64,000 bases of DNA from Eledone cirrhosa (lineage: Eukaryota), in the NCBI GenBank assembly GCA_964016885.1, contig OZ024744.1, positions 36,332,001-36,396,000 on the forward strand, written 5' to 3'. Numbering within the stretch: position 1 is the stretch's first letter; the number at the start of each line of letters is the position of its first letter. A program made the position numbers and the translations under genes. The notes beneath the pieces were generated by a model, which was given only the letters and a program-made list of their open reading frames with translations, did no database searches and was not told where the DNA came from. This document shows, piece after piece, positions 47,923 to 61,765 of the stretch.

Positions 47923-50900
47923 ATGATGTTCGAGAACAATATAAAAGAGATAATTGGTAATTTAGGTTCTGGAACAAAAAAGATAATTGGCAATAAGGGC
48001 AGGGGCCCCAGCTTATCACAGCCTGGGCCCGCTCGTCATCGTGCCATTGTAATAGAGCCAAACAAGGCATTTTGTCTTGGCTGCTGGAACGTACGGACGC
48101 TGCTTGACAGGGATTCCTTGGAGCGTCCTGAACGAAGGCCCGCTCTTGTTGCAAAGGAGCTTCGACGTTACGATCTTGACATCATGGCTTTATCTGAGAC
48201 GAGGTTAGCTGGAGATAGTCAACTTACAGAATTTTGTGGAGAATATACATTCTTCTGGAAAGGCAGATATGAAGGAACCAGAAGAGAGGCTGGGGTAGGA
48301 TTTGCTGTTAAGACTGTACTTGTGAATAAATTAGAAGAATTCCCAGTAGGGATTAGTGAGCGTCTTATGTCCATGAGAATTCCGCTGGACAGAGGAAGAT
48401 ATGCGACCCTGGTGAGTGTGTATGCTCCAACTATGAATTCTGTCGATGAAGAAAAAGTGTCCTTTTTACCATGCCTTGAAAGGTGTTTTAAGAAATATCC
48501 CTCAGGCAGACAAAGTTATCGTGCTTGGTGAATTTAATGCTAGGGTGGGTAGGGATTTTAACACATGGAATGTAATCGGAAGGCATGGGGTGGGAAAGTG
48601 TAACAACAATGGTATGCTCCTGCTGCAGATGTGTGAGGAGCTGGATCTGTGTGTTACCAACACCATGTTCCAACAAAAGAACAAATTCAAGACCACATGG
48701 ATGCATCCTGCATCTAAGGAATGGCATATTTTGGACTACGTCCTAGTCAGGATGCGTGACAGACAGGATGTGCAGCGTGTTCGTGCTCTTCGTGGAGCTG
48801 AGTGCTGGACAGACCACTGCCTGGTACGCGCAAAAGTGAAACTAATCACTAAACGTAAAATCCGGGCTCCTGGTGTTGCCCTGCCCAAAAGATTGAATGC
48901 TGCTCGTCTTCAGGATAAAAATGTGAAGTGGACATTGGAAGAGGAAATGCAGGCTGCAGATCTTGGTGAGGATTGGTCGACCCTTAAAAAGTCGGTTTAT
49001 GGTGTAGGCAGGCGTGTTCTGGGATTGATGCAGAGAAAACATCAGGACTGGTTTAATGAGAATGATGTACATATAGAAGACTTGTTGGCTGATAAGAGGC
49101 GTGCTCTGTCACGCTACTTGACGGCAAAACCACAGGAGAGGAATACGTTGCATGAGGAACTCAGGGATGTAAAATCACGTGTTAGGCGGAGTCTTTCTGA
49201 GATGAAGGATCAGTGGTGGAGTGAGAAGGCTGGTGAGATACAAACTGCGTCTGATTCCAATAACACAAAGTTGTTGTACAGTCTCTTGCGTGAGGTTTAT
49301 GGACCGTCTTCTTCTCTGGTGACACCGCTTCGCAGCAAGGATGACAAAGAACTTCTTCGTGACGCACAAGGAATTCTACGAAGGTGGCGAGAGCACTTTG
49401 ATGATCTTTTGAATCAGCCGTCTGTCGTCAGTGAAGATTTCCTCAATCTCATTCCAGAAAGTCCTGTGAAAGTAGCTCTCGCAGAAACCTCCGAGGCTTG
49501 TGGAGGTTGCAGTGGCTATTTCGAAGCTGAACAATGGAAGATCTCCAGGTATGGATGGCATACATGCTGAGCTCCTACAATATGGTGGTGAAAGACTCCT
49601 GCAACATCTTCACTCTTTGTTTGGCATAATATGGGCTAATGAATCCGTACCTGAGGACTGGAGAGATGCACTAATGGTGGACTTGTACAAGGGAAAGGGT
49701 AACAGGAATGATTGTGGGAACTACAGAGGTATATCATTGCTTTCTGTCGTAGGGAAATTTTTATGTAGGGTGCTTCTGGACCGTCTGCTGACACACATTG
49801 CAGATTGTGTTCTTCCTGAAAGTCAATCTGGTTTTCGTGCTGAACGCGGCACTACTGATATGATCTTCTCAGCTGGACAGCTCCAGGAGAAGTGCATGGA
49901 CACAAGGCTTGGATCTGTATCAGGTTTTTGCGATCTGACAAAAGCTTTCGATACTGTTAATAGAGATGCATTATGGAAGGTTCTCGAGAAACCTGGTTGC
50001 CCTGATAAGTTCCTTGCTTTAGTTAGGTCTTTCCATGACGACATGAAGGCTTGGAGGTAACATGTCGGAGCCTATCTCAGTAAAAAATGGAGTGAAACAG
50101 GAGGATATTCCAGCTACGACCCTGTTTGCCATATACTTTGCATTGGTTTTCTGTATTGCATTCAAGAATTGCGAGCATGGTGTTTACATCCGATATCGAA
50201 CCTCAGGCAGCATATTTAACATCAGGCGCCTGCTGCAAAGACAAAAGTATTTACATCAATCATAAGAGACCTCTTGTATGCAGATGATTGCGATCTTGTA
50301 GCGCACACAGAGAGTGATATGCAGCACATTTTGAATGCATTTTCTGACGCTTGCACTGCCCTAGGATTGACTGTCAGTCTCAAGAAAACCGTCGTCATGT
50401 ACCAACCTGCCCCTGGTAAGCAGTACACTGAACCAAACATTTATATGTATGGTAAACGACTTGGAGTGGTTGATCAGTTTGTCTTTACCTGGGAAGCACT
50501 GTCAATCGATACAGCAACCTTGACAGTGAAATCTCACTTAGGATTAGGAAAGCAAGTGATGCTTTAGGAAAGCTAGAAAGGCGACTCTGGGGTCGGCGAA
50601 ACATATGCAGGAGGACAAAGGTAAAGGTGTACAGGGCATGTGTGCTCTCTTGTCTTCTTTATGCCTGCGAGACCTGGATCACATATCGACACCACCTTAA
50701 GCAATTGGAGCGTTTCCATCAGATGTGTCTCAGACGGATCCATGGCGTTCACTGGAGGGACCACATCAGTGATGTCGAGATTTTGGAAAGCTCTATGTGT
50801 GAAAGTATAGAAGCTCTTGTGATTAAGCAACGCATCCGTTGGAGTGGTCACCTTGCCAGGATGAAGGATTCTAGAATACCAAAATAACTCTTTTATGGAG

Positions 50901-51400
50901 AGTTGGTTAAAGGAAAACGACCGCCACATAAACCAAAAGAGATGTATAAGGATTCCTTGAAAGCCTCTCTGAAAGACGTTAACATCTCTGCTGATACATG
51001 GGAAAATATTGCTGCTGATCGTAATAAATGGAGAAAGACTGTATATGAGGGAAAAGTTGCCTTTGAGGCATCTCGAATCGCATACGAGAAAGTAAAGCGG
51101 GATGTGAGGAAGGGCATTGCTGTTGTATTCCAGACGGCGAGGGTCCTCCTATGGTACTGACATGCAGCCTCTGTGCTAGACTCTGCCTAAGCAAAGCTGG
51201 ACTCGAAAGTCATCTTCGCAGTCATAAAGTAAGACCAGTGGTTGATTACCAGGCTGCTGTTGGAGATACTACTCATCATACTTGCCAAACATGTGGTAGA
51301 GAATGTAAATCAGCAGGAGGGCTCAAGCGACATGCAAAAGTACACGAACTCCAACCACAGCCGACTATTCCCAGTGAATGTTTTGGTTGCCGATCTGTGC
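47923..51400 (+). mobile_element. RTE-clade non-LTR retrotransposon ORF (APE-RT-2x C2H2), decayed
   Basis: LGCWNVRTL, ALSETR, GVGFAV, SVYAPT, FNARVG, LDYV, TDH; SPGMDGI, NYRGISLLS, DLTKAFD, LYADD, RWSGHLARM; CSLC..H and CQTC..LKRH..H. Many frameshifts. Confidence 0.93.
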
Positions 51401-51409
51401 AAGACATTT

Positions 51410-51521
51410 TAGATCATAGACACAAGACTCTCTCATTGGAATTGAAACCATAACAACTAGGTAGATATGCATGTCTGCATGTATGTGTGTGCAGGTATGG
51501 ATGTGATAGTATGTGTGGGTA
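51410..51521 (-). mobile_element. 3' UTR fragment of R4/Dong-like family A
   Basis: catagacacaagactctctcattggaatt...caactaggtagatatg matches 52647-52700. Confidence 0.7.
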
Positions 51522-51822
51522 TGTAGGGTATTCGGCTTACAATTGTAAGGTTGTGAGTTCTATACACGAGGCGCGTTGTGTCCTGGTGTAAGTGAATTTA
51601 TTTTACGTTTCTCCACTCCATTCGGCAGGAAAAAGTAATTATACCTGTAATTCGAATGACCAGCCTTCTTACATACTGTGTCACACTGAATCTCCCTGAG
51701 AACTATGTTAAGTGCAAGCTTGTTTGTGGAATGTTCAGACACTTGCACATTAATTTCATGAGCAGGCTATTCTGTTGATTGAATCAACTGAAACACTCGT
51801 CGGCATTACCAACAGAGTGCCT
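51522..51822 (+). mobile_element. Second tRNA-derived SINE family, decayed
   Basis: tRNA-like head agggtattcggcttacaattgtaaggttgtgagttctatac followed by ttgtgtcctgg core; single copy in window. Confidence 0.5.
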
Positions 51823-51957
51823 TATCATCACCATGTATCTATGTATGTGTGTCTGTATCTATGTATTCACATATGTATGTATCCATGTACATATGAATGC
51901 ACATATGTATGTATGAATGTAGGTATGTATGTATGTATGTGTGTATGTATATATATG

Positions 51958-52565
51958 TCAGGTCACCAGTTGGTGCTACTGGTAACATGTATCCCAGTAC
52001 AACCTGTCTCATGGTTGGGTCGTTGGCGACTAAACTGGCAACCCGACCAAGGTTTCTTGGTGAGGAGGGTGACTTTGGACATCCTGCAGGACTAAAAACA
52101 AAACCTGTCAAAGGGCAAAGGAGCTCTTAAGAGTCAATGGCCATCCAAAATCACCGGGAGAGATGACCCCTTAGCCTTTGTCAAGGCAGAATTCTAGGAG
52201 AGGGAAAACTCTGATATAACACCCGCAACTCTGATTGTATCCAATGATGTTGACTTGTTCTTCTTTTTGGTAAATATCATCTTGGTTAAGAGAGTGGGAC
52301 TGGCTTTGTGAAGTGCCTTTGCTCACTATAAAAGCTTCACGGCACAGGCATTGCTTTATATCTGGAGATCTTTCTGCACTTGTTGTCACATGGTACCATG
52401 GGCCCAGCACTATGTGTCAATAATTGTCACAAGTGTAGTGTTTGTACCAGAGTTTTCAAGTCGCTGGCTGGACTAAAAAGTCACACTCGTTCAGCGCATC
52501 GGTAGGGGTTCTCCTACATGGATATAAAGTAGTGGCCGTACTCGAAAACGAGTTGGCAGCCACCA
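51958..52565 (+). mobile_element. Non-autonomous RTE-derived element, copy d
   Basis: Colinear with copy a; the zinc-finger remnant reads CSVCTRVFKSLAGLKSHTRSAHR*. Confidence 0.85.
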
Positions 52566-52584
52566 TGTATGTTTGTATGTATGT

Positions 52585-53851
52585 CTGTTCTTCTGGTTTT
52601 ATAATTTCACAAAGTTTTACCAATAGAGAGAGAGTCGGTTTCTAACATAGACACAAGACTCTCTCATTGGAATTTACACAGCATCAACTAGGTAGATATG
52701 TATGCATATATGTATGCATGATTGTGTAGATATGGAGGTTATTGTATGTGTGGATGTGGATGTTTTGAGTTGTATGTGTGCATGTGTATATGCTTGTATC
52801 TGTACATGCCTATATGCAATTAGATGCAAAATGTTTGGAATAATTTTTACTGTTCCATTAATGGATTGTACTTGTAATTTCCTAACTAGTTGTGTTCTTT
52901 CTATTTTTTTTAAGCTTATCTTCTCAAAATTTGTATTGAGGCAGTTACTAACATATCCCAGTGCCCCAATAATCACAGGCATAAATCTGAAGGCATAATC
53001 AGGGTTTAGTATCTGAAGATTTTCAGTTCTGCATAAATATTCTCCTTTTCGTTAATCTTTGATATCCTATTGGCATCTGCTGGGCAGCTAACTTCCACTA
53101 CTGTGCAGGCCAAACCTCATGATAGTATCTGTTTCATGCAGATAGACTTGCTCGAGAGACGGGCTCCTACGCTTTGAGGTTCGTAGATGTTGTCGAGGGA
53201 TATGATGCGACATTCCAATGCTGTCTGGATTGATGTTAGGCCTCTGCCTCCCTGCTTACGATTCAAGTACAGGCGGTCAATATCACTGTTAATGTGGAAG
53301 TTTCCGGTATTGTTTAGTAGTATTCGAGTTCTAAAATCAACTGCTCAGATTTCGTCTATCGCCCAATTGAGTATTCCAAACGTTGGTGTTAGGACAGGCA
53401 CATCAAACACATTGTGAGCTACTGTTTTGTTTTGCGCAGAGAGTTCCGATGACCAGATCTTCTTTAATCGGGTGTAGTATTCCTGGTTACGCGTTCTTTA
53501 TTACAGATACCATTATAGGATATGTTCTCATCTACCCCCAGGTATCTGTAGCAGTCCTCATCAGATATCGGTGAAACAGTTAGACCATTGATGACAATGT
53601 TGCTAGATTGGGTTGTTGGCTTTTCCCGCTTTACAGTCATATATGAGCATTTATCTTGGCCAAACTCCATTCCTATATCATTTGAGAATGTTGTAACCAG
53701 GTCAACATTTTTCTTCATCCCATCCATGCTCTTGGCATAGAGTTTCAGATCATCCACAAAGAAATTATGGGTTAGGTTCGTATTTCTGTCCTCCTGTGAG
53801 CCAATGAATGATGTATCCTTGAGCAGAAAGGACAAGGGGTGTAATGACAGG
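52585..53851 (-). mobile_element. R4/Dong-like family A, 5'-truncated copy with internal deletion at ~53110
   Basis: FVDDLKLY (53464-53835) and PVIIGALG RLE end (52674-52982). TATG on both flanks. Confidence 0.9.
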
Positions 53852-53867
53852 TATGTATGTATGTATG

Positions 53868-56210
53868 GTCTTCGGCTATTGTTATTTTATACATTTTTGA
53901 GAGCTGGTTTCTAACATACAAACAAGATTCTTTCATTGGAATTTTTACATCAATTAGGTAAATATGTATGTATTTTTTGTGAAAGTATTGATATTATTTC
54001 ATGTGTAGATCTATGTTTTGAGTTATATATGTATCCGTGCATATGTTTTTGTATCTACACATGTGTACATGCAGTTATTACATACTAAATGTTTTCCATA
54101 TTCTTACAATTCCATTACTGGATTGTACTTTCAACTTGTTAACTAGCAGTGCCCTTCCTGGTTCTGTGAAGCCCAGATTCTCAAGATTTTAACTGAGGTA
54201 GTCAATAACTGAGATAGTTAGTAACTTCTCCAAGAAGGTATAGATTCTGCATTAATTCAGCAAAAATGTTCTCCTTTTCACTAATCTTTAGCATCACATT
54301 GACATCTGCTGGGCAGCTGATTTCGTCTACCGTGCATGTCTTCCTTTCTTTGTCCCATATTACTATATCTGGTATCTTATGTTTGCCTTTTATTGGGGTT
54401 ATGTTCTCCACAGTAACTCTTTATATTTTGATTCCAGGGACTATCCTTTCTATGGATTGCATTGAATATTATTTTGGCCACTACATGCCTCATAGAAAGA
54501 TAGTATTATGGTGACATCCTGGATATGCATTCCCCAGTCTGCATCTGTATTTTGCATTCATTCCTATCTCGTTATTGTGCATCCTGCGTTTCGTTGTTAT
54601 TTCTTCTTCTTGGATTTCAAAAGCAATTTTCCTGGGTGTGAGTTTTGGTTATAATGCAGGAATTATTTATCAAGGATCTCCTTCCCAAATCTCATGTTGT
54701 TATCTGTCTTATGTAGAGAAACTTGTTCTCTAGATGGATTTCTAAATTTGGTCGCTCGTTATCGGAGGTATGTGATGCGACATTCCAACGCTGTTTGGGT
54801 TTATATTAAACTTCTTCCTCTCTGTTTAAATTCCAGGTAGAGGCGATGTATGGTACTGTTCACATGGGAATTTCCGGTGCCGGTTTTAACCTTTCGGGTT
54901 TCATGATCATTGGCTCAGATTTCATCTAGAGTCCAGTCAACACATGCGCAGCAACACTTTGGGGGTCATTTATTAATCATGCGCATAGAGTTCCGAAGAC
55001 CATACTTTTCTTATTCGGTTGTTTTAGGATATATTTTCTTCTATCCCTAAATATCTGTAGCAGTCCTCGTCAGATACCGGCGAAACAGACAGACCATTGA
55101 TAAAACATGTAGATTTTCTCTCTTTACAATCATATAGGAATATTTATCCTGGCCAAATTCCATTCCTTTCGAGAACGTCGTAACCAGGTCAATGTTTTAC
55201 CTCATACCATTTATATTCTTGACATAACATTTCAGGTCATCGACAAAGAAGCTGTTAGGTCAATGTTTCTGACCTCCTGTGAAACAGTTACGCGTCCTTC
55301 ATATTTCGTTAGCATAAAGGACAAGGGATTTAATGACAGGATAAATAGTAACACAGAAAGTCTCCTTGAAATGTACCCCTGCGATATTCCATTTTATCAA
55401 TGAAAATAGAGTCCTCCTTCTCTGTATTTAACTTTTGGATAGTAGCCCAGAGTGAAGATAGGTTCTTTAATGGTATCTGAGACTTTAGCAAGTCAAAGGG
55501 CCTCAAACAACTATGAGTGGAGAACGGTATCGAATGCTTTCCTCTAGTCCAGCCAAACTCTATCCAAGTGTCTCCATGTTGCCACACATCTGACATGGTG
55601 GTTTTGTTAATTACGAGTTCCTCGAGTCCACCTCCAAATTCCTTTCTTTCCAACTGTTTGCTAATCAGTAATTATTTCGTTATTGTCACAGTGATCCTGG
55701 AGGAATAGTTTCAGGCAGGCTGTATACATTATATACATTAGGTTCTGGCATGCAATTGGTCGGTAGGCTTTCTCCAAGTGCGTTTCCTTTTTTTTTCTTT
55801 TTTTTTTTGGACCAGTCTTATTTCTAATAATGTCAGGCAGCTTTGGTATATATGTATCTCCCTTGAGAGTGTGCTGGTAGAAGATGATATGATGCATCCG
55901 ATAGAAATTAACTATCTATACCAGTAGCCGACAATAAAGTCTCTTCCTGGTGTTTTCCTAACACAGTTTCAAGTATACCTTCATTGATATTCTATGTATT
56001 GGTGTAATGTAGAGGTAATAACTCGTTTAGATCTCTTTTAACCACACTGCATCTTGGATGAATATCTCCAGAAGGAATCTATATCTTTCTATCATATCTT
56101 TATAGACAACTGTTTGGCTTCGGCAAAATCTTTTATTAATCCTTTTCAGTTCTACCACCCTCTCTTGATACCGGAGTTTGTCACCGAGAGCTCTCAATTC
56201 TTGTTTGATA
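53868..56210 (-). mobile_element. Older, more decayed family A-related copy
   Basis: PDIVIWD..EISCPADVN (54202-54411), FQGD (55330-55653) and YRPIACQNLMY (55661-55897). Confidence 0.85.
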
Positions 56211-56829
56211 ACGAAAAGAACAGGTAATATCTGTGTTGAAATGAAGGCAAATCGCCAAATTAAAGGCTGCGCTATAATACCATGGTAAATATAACTTATT
56301 TTAGAACCTGAGTGAAATACATAAGTGTAATCTGTATGGGGTTAAATGGAATGAAAATTCAAATTGAGATGTTCACTAAACATAAATTGTTGAGATATGC
56401 ATGCCACAGAATGAAATGATTTGATCAAAGACATTGATGAGATATATTGAGAATTACGAACGATAATCAGATATAAAAAATACATAAAAACGCAGTATGT
56501 TATCTTAGATTCGTAAAATATGCGGTTTTATAGAGTTGTTCTATACAAGAGATATTAAGGAAAGTTGATAGAAGCAGGGGGCATATATGTTACACAGCAA
56601 AAGATAGCAATGTCATAAGGCATCCATACATGCTACATAATGAAAGAAAAGTAGAAAAATACAAGAATGGTAACATATTCCTTAGAAAGCACTAATTGAC
56701 GACGATATTCTTCGAATACGTCATGATTGCAGCAAAAGAAACGAACAAAAGACCAAAAAAGTATATATAAAGAAAACATTAATACAAACAACTAAAGTAA
56801 GACACTAACACACAAAAATTAGATAGAAA

Positions 56830-57170
56830 TATAAAGAGAAATTAAGTGCTTATTGCACACAATAGGCTGAATCATAGGATTGGCGGAATGATAGCACTTG
56901 TATTTTTTAGGAAGCCATTGGTAGCGGTACATGAGCGATGGCCTGGAATAGATTCTGGGCGAATACATATTGAGTATTTTATTTATTGAGGACTTTCTTG
57001 TCAAGGATTATAGACAATCTCCAAAAGTCCTTGACTTCGTATTTCTAGAGTGTGGTGGGCATTACATTCTGAATATAAACTCAACATACATAGTATTGGA
57101 GCCATGAGCCCCCGAACCATGTTTACATGCTCACAGGATACCAAAACCACCCGGCACCCATTCGTTTAGC
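56830..57170 (-). pseudogene. Possible Penelope-like RT remnant
   Basis: LPKK.K....NPMIQPIV resembles the PLE motif LPKIHK...P.RPIV; short and decayed. Confidence 0.3.
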
Positions 57171-57710
57171 GTCCATTTATTATTAACTGTTGTGCAGATG
57201 TAAAACAGCTAGTATCGTATGTGGTTCGGCTCCTCCGGTTATTGGCCAAAATCATCTTGAATATCAAACTACGGCCTCCCGTTGTTAAAGAAGAAAGAAA
57301 GAATGAATGAAAGAAAGACAGAAGAAAGAGAAATAAGGCTAGACAAAGAGATAGAAAGAGAGAGAGAGTGTGTGTGGTTGTGGTTGTATGTGTGTGTTTT
57401 AGTGTATGTGAGAGAGAGAGAGAGAGAGAAACGCGCGACAGAGTAGTTTTCAAGTTCATGGTGGCTATGATAAAGCAATTTATATAGTAAACGTGGTTCA
57501 AATATTTGAGGATAAAAGTTTTCCTCTTAAGACAAGCCTTCATCAACTTCATCAAATATTACTTGAGGTAATATATAGTGGGTGAAAGAGGGAAAATAGT
57601 GTGGATTAATGGGTTTATATTAACTTTGCGTTTTCGTTCTTTGTATCGTTTCATTTAACAGCCTTATTTATTAAACAGCATCTCTTTGCTTGATTCTGTT
57701 TATTCTATAG

Positions 57711-57870
57711 GCGGTGAATTATCAGAATCGTTAGAACATCAGATATAATGCTTTATGGTATTCGTTCCGACTCTCTACTCTCTGAGTTCAAATCCCACCG
57801 AGGTCAAATTTGCCGTTCATCCTTTCGGGATTCATAAAAAAAGTACCATTAATGGGGTCGATTTTTTTCT
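57711..57870 (+). mobile_element. tRNA-derived SINE, decayed
   Basis: ggcggtgaatt...ctgagttcaaatcccaccgaggtcaaatttgccgttcatcctttcggg. Confidence 0.8.
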
Positions 57871-58221
57871 CTATATCACTTTCTCATTTCCTCTCTCTCA
57901 CTTTCTATTTTTCTCTGGAAGAAATCTGGTTTACTCAGTCCTGGAGACGGTCAATATGGTGCCCCTATCAGGAGTTACGGGACCATGCATGTTTACTCTA
58001 GGCACACTGGAGTTGCTTTGAATACGTTTGACCTCTATATAGGGAAAGTATATCCCACATTTATCAGCTTCAGAAAGGCCTATGTGTCAGAGTTGGTAGA
58101 GCGTCGGATAAAATGTCATTGTGGTATTTTTTCTGTCTCTTTAGAGTCTGTATTCAAACTGCTCCACCGAAGTTCACTTTGATTTTCATGCTTCCTTTCG
58201 CACAACGGCAAATCTCTAAAA

Positions 58222-58340
58222 CTACATGAAAAAAAGTGCTCCAAAGCGGGGAGAAATGAGGCAAAATGGGGAGATTTTACATAATGGACTATACCCATTT
58301 TAAGACATCTCTCACCCACCCGAGAGTTGACTGGTCTGCT
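58222..58340 (-). mobile_element. MITE/DNA transposon terminal fragment
   Basis: Reverse-complement homolog of 61323-61482. Confidence 0.55.
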
Positions 58341-58480
58341 TTCGAGAGTAAAAAAATAAAACAGCCAATTAATGGAGTTGATTTCATCATCTTTGCCCTT
58401 CTCTCAAATTTGTTGGCATTGTGCTTGTGTTAAAAATCAATATGAAATATTTAATTATAAATTAATATTTAAAGATTAAA

Positions 58481-58650
58481 GGTGGTGTATGGACAGATTT
58501 TGTTAAGCGTCGACTAAAATGCCATTGGGGTATTTATTCTAGTTCCTTATATTCTGAGTTCAAATCCCGCCGGGGGATTTAATCCTTCCGGATTCGATGA
58601 AATAAAGTACCAGTCAAGTACATGGGTATATTTAATTAACCTCGCCCTTC
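58481..58650 (+). mobile_element. tRNA-derived SINE, decayed
   Basis: ttctgagttcaaatcccgccg...atccttccggattcgatgaaataaagtaccag. Confidence 0.75.
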
Positions 58651-60565
58651 TCCAAAGTTCTTATAGGATTGTTTCTGAGGTTGGTATCTAAACCTAATGC
58701 AATTATCTAAATTTAAAATATTCGTTTTCTCATAAGTATCTTTAGAACATTATTCAAATCTTATACATATTTCAATATCACAGCTGAATTCATGCACCGT
58801 TTTAGAACACACGTTGTTTCATGGAAATAACTTTGGAAATATCTGTCGTTTTTTATTTGAGAATTAATATTATTTTCTTTTTCTGGGAGGCGAGCGTCAA
58901 GCCTGAGGGAGGAGCCCAGTGAGGTGAAATGGTTAGTGCAAAAACATCGCAGGCTGCTCTCTGCGGTAATTCATTCACTATCTTGTCTGTGTATAGCCAA
59001 CAGTGTAGAGTTTGTACCATCGCAACCCTCTTTTCTGTTTTCTTATTTTTTCACTTTCTTTTTTGTCAATCTTGTAATCAATTGTCATGATTCCAACATT
59101 ATTAACCACTCATTGAATGTTGAAGACTTTGTAAATTCAGGGAACTTTCTAATTGCTAATGTTCTTTATTGTATTAAATAAGTTTTCCCTCTAGTTACGC
59201 TTCAGTATGTATAGATTCTCACTTTTCTTTTTACATTGCGTTCTATTTTTTAGACACATAATTTCTCCCAGTATGTTTGGAGTTGTATGGATGTTTGTAC
59301 ATCTTGTAGCTTTTTTAATGCATTTCCTTACTTATGCATCGGTAGAATTATTCAATATTTGTTTCAAATAACTTATTTCGCGAAAGAGGCATTCGGATTT
59401 TTCGTAACGTCTAATGCATTTTTTTTTTTTTTGTGAAGAATTGTTGTTTTAGTTATTTGTTATTTTACTTCTCGGGTATATTTATTTCGTTCTTTTTTAT
59501 GTTGTATTTCTTGATATTGCACCATTCTTTCTCTCATTCATATTAGACTTCCTTCTTTACATTTCTCCGATTAATGATAGTCTTCTTTTTTTATTAAATT
59601 TTACATTTTCTTTTAGATGTTTTAGTTTTTTTTTTTCTTTATATGTTTGGCTGAGGAAGGCATAACTTTATTAAGATTCAATCTTATTTCTTTTGATACT
59701 TCCAAAACTACTGAATAGATTTAATTCATTTAGCCTGCCGATGCTTCCTTTTGTTTCTGTGGATGGAATTTCTTGGAAGGCCTTGTTGTATTTGGGTATT
59801 ATTTCTTGGAAATATTGTTCATTCATAATCTGAACAGGTGTTTCCATTGATCCGTGTTTATTGGTTTTGTTATGATCGATCTCTTCTTATTGTTGCTGAT
59901 GGATTTTCTTGTTGCCTGAAATTGTGGTATGTGTTTTTATTATGTTCATTTTTAAACATGAGTGTGGTGGTGAAAGTGTTGTCTTTTATGGCTGGGAATT
60001 TGATTAACATTTTCCATTGGGACGTGAGTAATCTTCATTCTCGGTTTAGGCGTTTTATGTTTTCTTTGAGTATATTTTTATTTAAATAAGATGCCTTGTA
60101 CTTTCCGAGTTTATTCGAAGTCTCGTATCATATATCTGTGGTTGTTAGCTACTATTGTATTATTTTCTTCCTGATTTTTTTTATGAACCTTGTGTTTGGT
60201 GGGTTCTTTTGCACATATTTCATTGGTTTGTGAAAGCTTATCATTTTTGTCTGTGCGATATTTCTTTCCGTTTCTTCTTTTGTGTATTATTTGTATGAAG
60301 CCATGTTTTATTCGTTATGTTGATTATTTTTTCATATATTATAAATTTTCCTTATATCAATTCGCTAATGTGTTTCAGTTTAGTTTTTGTCTTATGTCTT
60401 AATTTTTCTTTTCCATGGTTCCTATATTCCTTTTATTGTGCTCCTCAGTACATTATAGAACAACTATGTGGTATGTGTGTAACACTTCATGGTATAGTTT
60501 TGGTCGTCGCTCATTTCTAGTTTGATTATTTTATCGCTTGTAAAACCTTATTAGAGTGTGAGTTT

Positions 60566-60770
60566 GGCGGTATGATTAGAGCCTCACACAAAATACTTTG
60601 CGGTATTTAGTTATGACGTTCTGAGTTCAAATCCCGCCGAGGTCAACTTTACCTTTCATTCTTACGGAGATCGATAAAATCAAGTACCGGTTAAGTACTT
60701 GGGTCAATATAATCGACTTTCTCCTTCCCTCAAGTTCCTGGCTCTATGCCAGTGTTAGAAACTATTAATC
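60566..60770 (+). mobile_element. tRNA-derived SINE
   Basis: gttctgagttcaaatcccgccgaggtcaactttacctttcatt...agtaccgg...tagaaactatta. Confidence 0.8.
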
Positions 60771-61322
60771 TTATTATATTTTTTTATTTTGTGTCTAGGA
60801 AAAATATTCATAAACATTCCAGAGTTAACGCGTGCAGCATGAGGATTTCCCAACTATATTAGGATGGTAGGATTAGTTTAGAATGTGCTAGTGTTTATTT
60901 CTAAACGTAGTCTTTTATTATCTTTATAGAGGCGAATATGTACCACTCTCTTTGCATCAAATACAAATGGGATGATAGACATATTCCATAACTGTCATAA
61001 TCTAGTAGCTAAGTTGCCGTCAGGGTAATTCCTTAGATATCAAGCTGTTTTGTACACAAAATTATAGTAATTTTCATTGATATGCCGAAACGTAGTACGC
61101 TATTGTTATCTTGTCATGGATAATGATGTCAATGCTAATATGTGCCAAAGCTCTATAGTAATTTCGCATAGTGAATTCCGTAAGGAATAAAATTGCGTGA
61201 CTTGACAAATGTAGAACATCTAAACTAGATTATTGTGCTTGCATGTATATTTGGCGGGAATTAGTATCGACTACTTTGATAGAATGTGTTGCATTATTTC
61301 AGAAAATTCTCGACACGGGTAG

Positions 61323-61482
61323 ACAGACCTGTCAAGTCTCCCTGTCGGGCGGGGAGATCTCCCACCCACTTTGCGTTGAGTGAGAGATGTCTTCTAATGA
61401 GAAAACGGGTAAAGCTTTCATTATGTAAAATCCCTCTATTTTGCCTCATTTCTGCACTGTTTGGGGCACTTTTTTCATGGTA
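61323..61482 (+). mobile_element. MITE/DNA transposon terminal fragment (CAGACCTGTCAA end, hAT-like)
   Basis: Second copy inverted at 58222-58340. Superfamily call is inference from the terminus. Confidence 0.55.
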
Positions 61483-61583
61483 CTCCCCGTTTGGATTTTT
61501 TGAGGTCTGGGTAGGCTTACTTATCTGTATTATATGAATTATAAATTTCCTACATTATTTGACGAGTGATGATAATCTGCTCA

Positions 61584-61765
61584 CGGTGGATAGGTAGTAT
61601 CGGTAGAGGGTTGGACGCCATGCTTTCCAGCATAGTTACGTCCCTTTACGATCTGAGTTCAAATCCCGCCGAGGTTGACTTTGCCTTTCATCCTTACGGG
61701 GTCGATAAAATAAAGTACCAGTAATGCACTGGGTAATTGCTGGCCTTGTGCCTAAAGTAGAAACA
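61584..61765 (+). mobile_element. tRNA-derived SINE with 30-bp target-site duplication
   Basis: attatttgacgagtgatgataatctgctca at 61554-61583 and 61766-61795. Confidence 0.92.

Noticed and set aside
51151-51453. Host C2H2 zinc-finger gene
   Set aside because: It is contiguous with the RTE RT/thumb region; RTE ORFs commonly end in such fingers.
58222-61482. Inverted pair as TIRs of one 3.2-kb DNA transposon
   Set aside because: The terminus-like CAGACCTGTCAA ends face inward and the copies are diverged with indels, so two independent MITE fragments fit better.
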